Assembly (NCBI GenBank): GCA_965153455.1
Contig: OZ234493.1
Coordinates: forward strand, 13,196,213-13,260,212
DNA length: 64,000 bases
Source: Sphagnum compactum
Lineage: Eukaryota
Direction of reading: 5' to 3'
Part shown: piece by piece, positions 56,791-64,000 of the stretch
How positions within the stretch are numbered: position 1 is the stretch's first letter
Layout: each line of letters starts with the position of its first letter
Made by a program: the position numbers and the translations under genes
Notes under the pieces: model-generated
Told to the model about the DNA's origin: nothing
The model's database searches: none
Seen by the model: the letters and a program-made list of their open reading frames with translations, nothing else

Positions 56791-59700
56791 CTATTCCAGC
56801 TCATTCAAGAAATCCACATTGTCAACAAAGACCTGTAATGGTCAAAGTTCCTGGGTTAGTACATATAAGAAGCTGCAATCATGAGGGGTTCTATAGAAGC
56901 TACTAAGTGCAATTGCTTGACTATTGGTATCTATATAGTTGCATTTCCTATTTATTCAGACTTGCTGAAAAACATTCATTAGAAAGTCAAACATGCAATG
57001 TACATGGGTCTAAATAGGATGATGATAATCAATTACCGATTTCCAACCATCAGGGTCAAGGCATGCAGTAATTTTGGTGTTAATTCCAGGCAGGGAGCCA
57101 GGCTCACGAGTGACTTTTCCCCCAGCTGCCTTGATAGCAGCTGCTGTCTTAAAGACATCATCAGTGCCTACTGCAACCTGTAAACACAAAACATATTGCA
57201 CATTCAGTTAAGTTTCATATAGTTCAAGAATCCAGGCATCTTGACAAAACCATACTTTAAAACTGCCATTTTCCTCTTTGAGACTTAAGAAGAGCTTCTG
57301 TACATAGGATATCCTTTCAATACTTGCAGTTTTGTCCTACAAGCAAGCTGGTACAACAGCTCTTGTTAACATATATGCATACTCACTAAAATTATAACCT
57401 GCATGTAAGCAAAGAAACACCTGAATAATTCATGACTCATTACCTGGGCATAGGCATTCCCCTTGGTGTACTCTGTGACACCATAGTTGTAAGTCAGCTC
57501 CAACACTGTTGTCTTCTTTTCTTCCTCACCATAGCCTATCATCGCCAGTGTATACTGCATGACATAGACCCAGACAAAAGGTTGCAGACCAAGTTCCCAT
57601 GTTAGGCTGCAAAGTAAATCAAACATTTAAGATGTTGAAGACATTAGATTGCAGTGCATGCTTCACTTCAAGCAGATAATATTCTACTACTTCATATATT
57701 CGTAAGGTACATGCAGGGTTCCAGGGAGAGAGCAACAAGAAAGCTTACAAACCTTATAGTCAGGATTGTCAATCTTCCGAAGCAGCTTCATCCCAAATGC
57801 CTAAATGGAATATTAAAAACACCAACCACATGTCAGTATCAAGGTTAGAAGCCACATGTTTTGAATAGAGAAGACTTCACAAAACTGAAGAGACCATTAA
57901 AAGTGGGTTGCAAATCTAGGAATGTGTCTAATACTTCAAGCAGTACCAGATGGAGAAGAAACTAGCAGACAGCTTGAGGAACCGATGAAGTTCAGACAAA
58001 AGGGTTTTATATTGACATGGCTACGAAAAGGACTCAAATGAACCATGATAACACAGAGATCTTAAACTGTAACCATTACCGTTTCATAGAAGGCAATGGA
58101 GCGGTCAAGGTCACCAACACGAAGCATCACTTGGCACAATGGTTCTGGTGTAGGCTCTCTCTGAATTAGTTCAAATTTGTAGCCAGTTGGATCCTCGACA
58201 AAGGCAATCACTGATTTGCCTCCCTTCACTGGACCGGGCTCACGTGTGACTTTGCCTCCCTTGGCTTTAACAAGATCCACAACCTTTTGCACCTGTTGAA
58301 AATAGCAGAAGTTCCTTAGATGCAATCTACTAGTAATGTCAGAGATGCTCTCTTCAGGGGAAAAAATCAGAAGGTCTTGTTGGTACAGTGGAAAAAAATG
58401 TCTTGCACATTTCATACCACCCAGGTTGATTTAAACTTAGTGTGCGGATGGAGAACACAGCAGACATGAATGTTGTTTAAACCTGCGGTATCAAACTTTG
58501 GGTTATGGAGAAAACATCCACTTACATCCTCCACTGCTATTCCAAAGTGACCAAATCCTTCACCAATGTCATACTCTTCCACCCCATAATCTGTACAAGA
58601 AGACAAATAGGCATCACCAATGAAGAAAGAGAACTGCAATATAGGTGATGACAGGAGTGAAATATCCCTTGGTCAAGGCAAAGATGCAGCTATTCACATA
58701 TCCTCCTCAGGATTGCAAGTTACAGGGCAGACAAGTAAACCTGACAACAACAGGAGAGGAATAATTGAAAATTTCAAGGTCAGGCTTGTGTAGACAAGGG
58801 CAAAAAATCCAAAGACTTGACATGGTGCCTTATCAGAGAGAATGGTCTCTATATGTCAGCTGACACACTTCAGTGATTTTCAAACAATTCAAAGAGTAAG
58901 AAGGTCGTATGATATGAAGAGGGGGCAAAAGCTGATGAAAAACCTAAATTGTGTTTAAACCTATGGTGTTCATCACCCAAAAAGACTATTGAGGATTGAC
59001 TAGCTGAAGGACATGAACCACCCAAAAAGCCTCAAGCCCTATCAAGAATTGATTTGCTGAAGGACATGAACATTAGTAGACAGAGATATTGTTAAAAGGA
59101 GGGCAGCTTACTGTATGTCAACTCCACTACAAAGTGTGAATTCTCTGCACCATAACCAAGAAATGCATTGGTGTATTTCTCTTCAGGGATGTCCCGTTTC
59201 CTGAGGAGCTTCATCCCAAGGCACTCTGTATAAAATCTGCAGATGACAACAGAGTGCACATCAATCATGGTCACCTCCAATATATGCAATTGTATATATG
59301 TTTTAACAGATGTTCAAAGAGTCAAAGAGGCAACTACTACATGTGAATGTTGAGGTGTAAGACTTGAGTGTGGCATGAGTATCTGATAGCCATTGACATG
59401 TTCTGCAACCTAAATAGACTACTGCTAATGTCATGTTTATAAACAGGTGCTTAACTTGCTACAGGACATGCTACTCTACACTGCACTGATCACCCAACAA
59501 TGTAGTCAGCTGTGTTAGGTCTGAAGTTTTTTTTAAACATCCCTAACACATATTGTGAGCATGCATACTTGATTGTTTTCTCAAGGTCTCCGACACGGTA
59601 AACAACATGGAGCAATCGGCGAGTGTCCTTCTTGACCCATTCTAGAATGTTGTTCTGGGTTGTTGCAGTTTCTGCAGCAGCTGCAGCTGCCATGTCCCTT

Positions 59701-60563
59701 CGATCTGAAGCTTGGATAAAGCTTGGAGCCCTGGGCCACAATGCTGGTGATCGGTTACCTGCATGCTCCAAAGTCACTCTGCTCAAACCCTCACTGCCTT
59801 TGGCATTGTAACCAGATGTTCCACATTACCAACGCACTTGAAGCTTCACCAATAGCATCTTACTGAGCCAGTCCTGGATAGACAGTTCCTAGGAGACATC
59901 TCAGAACAACAGGGGTTCTGAGAATAACAGCTCACTTAAGTGATTCCCAAAAGAACGGCCACACACACATGACCTAACGAACCTCCGGGGAAGAACAAGA
60001 AAAGAAAAGAAACGCTACAAAATCAGCTTCACATAGAATACTCTCTCTCTTTCTGAAAAAACATGACCTCTACTGCACAGAGCCAATTGATCTCATTTAC
60101 CATGACCTAAGAGTCTCAAATTCCAACGGAAACCAACCTTTTTAAAAAAAACGACAAAATGCACACACATCGGACACCAAAACGATACGTAGATCACAAA
60201 CTCAACAACAAAAGAGAATACGAGAAAGACATGTCGACAGCTTTTGTAACTTCGCAACTTACAAATCGACTCCAGACCAAAACCCTAGAAGACAAAGGAG
60301 CCGCCTCAAAACGAGGAGGAAAAACAAAAAAGAAAAAAAAAAAAAACGGCAAAGAAACCAAAGAAAGAATGAATTAAAAGAAAACCAATATATATATAAC
60401 TATGAAATGTGCACTTACAGCGAGTGATGGCGGGATGAAACCTGGGAGCGAAGCTTGTACAGAGCTGCGAGGAGAGAGCAACGAAAGCACGCGAGGGGCA
60501 ACGGGGTGCGACGACGACGAAGGAAGGTAAGAAAGCGAGAGTGGAAGCGAGCGCAACAGCCAT
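56791..60563 (-). CDS. GLYI: Glyoxalase I (lactoylglutathione lyase), two-domain Ni2+-type, with N-terminal transit-peptide-like extension, ~359 aa, 9 exons
   Basis: Exons 60563-60419, 59758-59569, 59236-59112, 58590-58526, 58292-58080, 57800-57753, 57554-57444, 57177-57037 and 56832-56791 (1080 nt, all GT-AG, in frame). Motifs [57 protein letters not shown]. Confidence 0.93.
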
Positions 60564-61417
60564 TGGCGTTAAGGTTTGTACCTACCACCAAATCTGCTCT
60601 CCTTCTGTTCTCGTAATAAGGAACAAGAAAGAATTCCATTTTCTGTTTTTTCCCGTTGCATTATTTCTTGAGTGTAGGTGGTAGGTACCCACTACCTACC
60701 TACCTACCTACCTTCTTGCCTTCCTTTGTGGCCCCATTTGGCTTCGACACTTGTTCCATACTCAGCCTAGACACCTCCTCTCCCCGACACCTGCTCATGA
60801 GATTCGGTTCGTTTTTTTTCCCCTTTAATTTGAGAACTTGATAAGTTCTCCCCTAAAACTTACATCCAGTTCTCAAGGGTCATGTGTCAAATTAGGGTTT
60901 TTAAATAATAGCCATTGGCTAGAAAGGTGAAGGCACTATTTAAGGTTAGGGTCTGGGAACAATTATAAAAAGAGCCTAAGCTTTTTTTTTTCTCAGGTTT
61001 GTTGGGTTTTTTCTTTTTTGGGCAAGTGTCTCGTGTGTTATATGTTTTTGCTCTTCCTATGTTATTGTTGTTGCTCTTCTTGCATCAATGTTTTTGTCAT
61101 GTTGTTGTTGTTGTTATTTTTGTGTGGTCTTACTCCTCTTGTTGTGTTGGCGTTGTTGTTCTTTTCACATGGTCTTATTTTTCTTGTTGTGTTGATAGTG
61201 TTGTTCTTATAGTGTTGGCAATCTTGTTTTTTCTTGTTAGTGCTATTATTTTTTCGTTGTTGTTATTGTTATGTTGATATTATCGTTCTTTTCACCTGGT
61301 TGTGTTGTTGCTTGTTTCACGTTGGTGTTACTAGTTTTTTTGAATGGTCATGTTGTTTTTCATGCATGAAGTTGTTTCTGTTGTTGCATTAATGTTGTTT
61401 TTTTCAAATTGTGCTAT

Positions 61418-61644
61418 TGTCATGGCCTAGGATATTTTGGGATACTTTTGGCAATGTCATGTTCTAGGATATTTTTGGATACTTTTAGCAATATCATGGC
61501 CTAGGATATTTTGGGACTAGTATGGCTCAGGGTTATAAAAGGAGATAGTCTGGGGAACAACCCTTTAGCAGATCAACACCAGTTGATGGATCAATAAAGC
61601 TTGTCTTGTCTAATTCTCCACTTGTTTGTAGTCGGTCCATAACA
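61418..61644 (+). repeat. 5' LTR (internal 37-bp tandem units; TATAAAA 61534; AATAAA ~61593)
   Basis: Direct repeat of 63674-63903. Confidence 0.95.
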
Positions 61645-61787
61645 GTTTGATCTGCTCCTTCTTCTTGTTTGTTTGTTTTGTTGTTTCAGTAAGTAGCTAG
61701 AGGTATATTGGAGTGAAACTTGGAAAGGTTATAGAAGACTATAGGACGCTTCTACTCTCAAAGTTTCAAAAGAAAAGGATATGTTTT

Positions 61788-62593
61788 GAGAGAGATCCAA
61801 GCATCTGAAGTTTCAAGTGCAGATCTGGTTTTTTGGTCATATCTCCTTTGTGTAAGCTTTTTTGGGTCTGTAACTTTGTGATCTTATAGATCATATAGGA
61901 ATATATGTGTGAGAGAAATTTCATGTCATTTGGACTTGTATTGAGAGAGATTCAAGCATCTGAAGTTTCAAATGCAGATCTGGTTTTTTGGTCATATCTC
62001 CTTTGTGTAAGCTTTTTTGGGTCTGTAACTTTGTGATCTTATAGATCATATAGGAATATATGTGTGAGAGAAATTTCATGTCATTTGGACTTGTATTGAG
62101 AGAGATTCAAGCATCTGAAGTTTCAAATGCAGATCTGGTTTTTTGGTCATATCTCCTTTGTGTAAGCTTTTTTGGGTCTGTAACTCTGTGATCTTATAGA
62201 TCATATAGGAATATATGTGTGAGAGAAATTTCATGTCATTTGGACTTATATTGAGAGAGATCCAAGCATCTGAAGTTTCAAGTGCAGATCTGGTTTTTTG
62301 GTCATATCTCCTTTGTGTAAGCTTTTTTGGGTCTGTAACTTTGTGATCTTATAGATCATATAGGAATATATGTGTGAGAAAAATTTCATGTCATTTGGAC
62401 TTGTATTGAGAGAGATCCAAGCATCTGAAGTTTCAAGTGCAGATCTGGTTTTTTGGTCATATCTCCTTTGTTTAAGTTTTTTTCGGTCTGTAACTTTGTG
62501 ATCTTATAGATCATATAGGAATATATGTGTGAGAGAAATTTCATGTCATTTGGACTTGTATTGAGAGAGATCCAAGCATCTGAAGTTTCAAGT
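61788..62593 (+). repeat. 155-bp tandem array (5 units + 31 bp) in the retroelement 5' UTR
   Basis: Unit starts at 61788, 61943, 62098, 62253, 62408 and 62563; units are nearly identical. Confidence 0.95.
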
Positions 62594-62631
62594 TTGAATA
62601 TTGAAAGCGCAAAAGTGTGAGAACTACCACC

Positions 62632-63673
62632 ATGGACAACTCAGAATCCAACATCGATCTCACTCAAATCCTCGCCGCCCTTCAACACCTTCAACAAGAA
62701 AATGCCGTGCTTAGAGACTCGGTGACCCGCCTACAGAATCAGCCACCACCTCCTGCCCCAGTACTTCCTGCTCTTGCAATGGCCGCCTAAGAACCCAAGA
62801 TCAGTCTGCCAGAAAAGTTTGATGGAACGCGCCTCAAATTTCGAGGCTTTGTCAGCCAGGTACGCCTGATCATGCAACTACACCCCCGTCGTTATTTTGA
62901 TGACACCACTCGTGTAGGATTCGTTGGAACCCTACTCACTGGGACAGCTGCAGCATGGTTTGCTCCCATCCTGGAAACATCATCCCCTCTTCTACAAGAT
63001 TTCAACGCCTTTATGGCGGAATTTGAAGCAGTATTTGGGGACAGTGATAAGGCCAGGACTTCAGCCAACAAGCTGCGTCGCCTCCAGCAAGGGACACGTT
63101 CGGCCATCGTCTACGCTTCAGAATTCAGGCAGCTTGCCTGTGACGTCAATTGGGGAGAAGCTGCCTTGATTGATCAGTTTCGCTGTGGGCTTCGTGATGA
63201 TGTTCAAGATCTTTTGTTGACACTCGCAGACCCTTCTTCTTTCAGTGAAGCCATCACCCAGGCAATTCGAACTAAGGGTTTACAAGCGCCTCGGACCTTT
63301 CAAAATCGCCAAATTGGTTGGTCTAGTGGCTTGCCAGTTGGAGCTTTCACCCCAGTTCAAAATCCACAATGTTTTCCATGTCTCCCTGCTTGAGCCCTAT
63401 CATGAAAACCCGATCCCAGAACGTCATCAAGAACCCCCAGCTCCAGTCGAAATTGAAGGCCAAGAAGAGTTTGAAGTTCAGGAGGTCTTGGACTCCAAGA
63501 AGATTCGTGGAAAGCTCCTGTACCTTGTCTTTTGGCGAGGTTATCCTCCTTCTGAAGCTACTTGGGAGCCTGCTGGAAACCTAGTTCATGCCCAAGACTT
63601 AGTTAATCGGTTTCACCAACGATATCCTAACAAACCGGCTCCATCTAGAAGATGTCGCTTGAGGAGAGGATAA
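62632..63673 (+). pseudogene. gag (one in-frame TAA at 62788) joined out of frame to integrase C-terminus + chromodomain
   Basis: EPKISLPEKFDG, LLTGTAAAW, LRRLQQG..S...YASEFRQLA..V.W.EAALIDQF..GL are retrotransposon gag motifs. Then KRLGPF, IHNVFHVSLLEP, and FEVQEVLD...YLVFWRGY....TWEP (chromodomain). PR, RT, RNase H and the IN core are missing; the junction is at ~63270. Confidence 0.9.
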
Positions 63674-63903
63674 TGTCATGGCCTAGGATATTTTGGGATA
63701 CTTTTGGCAATGTCATGTCCTAGGATATTTTGGGATACTTTTGGCAATATCATGGCCTAGGATATTTTGGGACTAGTATGGCTCAGGGTTATAAAAGGAG
63801 ATAGTCTGGGGAACAACCCTTTAGCAGATCAACACCAGTTGATGGATCAATAAAGCTTGTCTTGTCTTGTAATTCTCCACTTGTTTGTAGTCGGTCCATA
63901 ACA
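63674..63903 (+). repeat. 3' LTR
   Basis: Direct repeat of 61418-61644, followed by TSD GCTAT. Confidence 0.95.
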
Positions 63904-64000
63904 GCTATTGCTCTTTTCATATTGGTGTTATGTTAGTGTTGTTGCTCTTTTCACAAGGTCATGCTACTCTTTTAGTATTGTGCTGTTATTCTTTTCACAT

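Larger units (their letters stand above)
61418..63903 (+). mobile_element. Young non-autonomous Ty3/gypsy chromovirus (Tcn1/Tf1-like) LTR retrotransposon
   Basis: LTRs 61418-61644 and 63674-63903 (TG...CA; 3 substitutions plus a 3-bp indel). Perfect 5-bp TSD GCTAT. PPT GAGGAGAGGA before the 3' LTR. Gag plus integrase C-terminus/chromodomain only. Confidence 0.95.

Noticed and set aside
60999-61400. Hydrophobic ORFs upstream of GLYI
   Set aside because: (TTG)-rich low-complexity repeat that continues on the other side of the LTR insertion.

Overview
AT-rich plant genomic DNA with spliceosomal introns. The repeat style and a Tcn1-like chromovirus suggest a bryophyte such as Sphagnum, but that assignment is inference. 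Four intact genes could be spliced by hand into open frames: an SBP-box (SPL) transcription factor with an overlapping miR156/miR529 site (12662-15480 +), a VIK/ILK-type ankyrin-repeat Raf-like kinase (29223-30607 +), a TEY group-B MAP kinase with a probable GC-AG intron (49490-53839 +), and a two-domain glyoxalase I (60563-56791 -). The intergenic DNA is mostly decayed transposons: CACTA-like elements, a MITE with a nested Helitron, copia and LINE remnants, a large foldback structure carrying a B3 gene relic and a nested hAT, and a young non-autonomous chromoviral LTR element. The most notable observations are: (1) a circularly permuted, more-than-unit-length kinase pseudogene whose junction falls near splice-site positions, a candidate circRNA/eccDNA-derived copy; (2) a Tf1-like self-priming signature plus a 155-bp tandem array in the chromovirus; (3) a complete-ended hAT with an atypical transposase; (4) a triplicated 3' splice site in the SPL gene. 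All coordinates were read by eye and no database searches were run.
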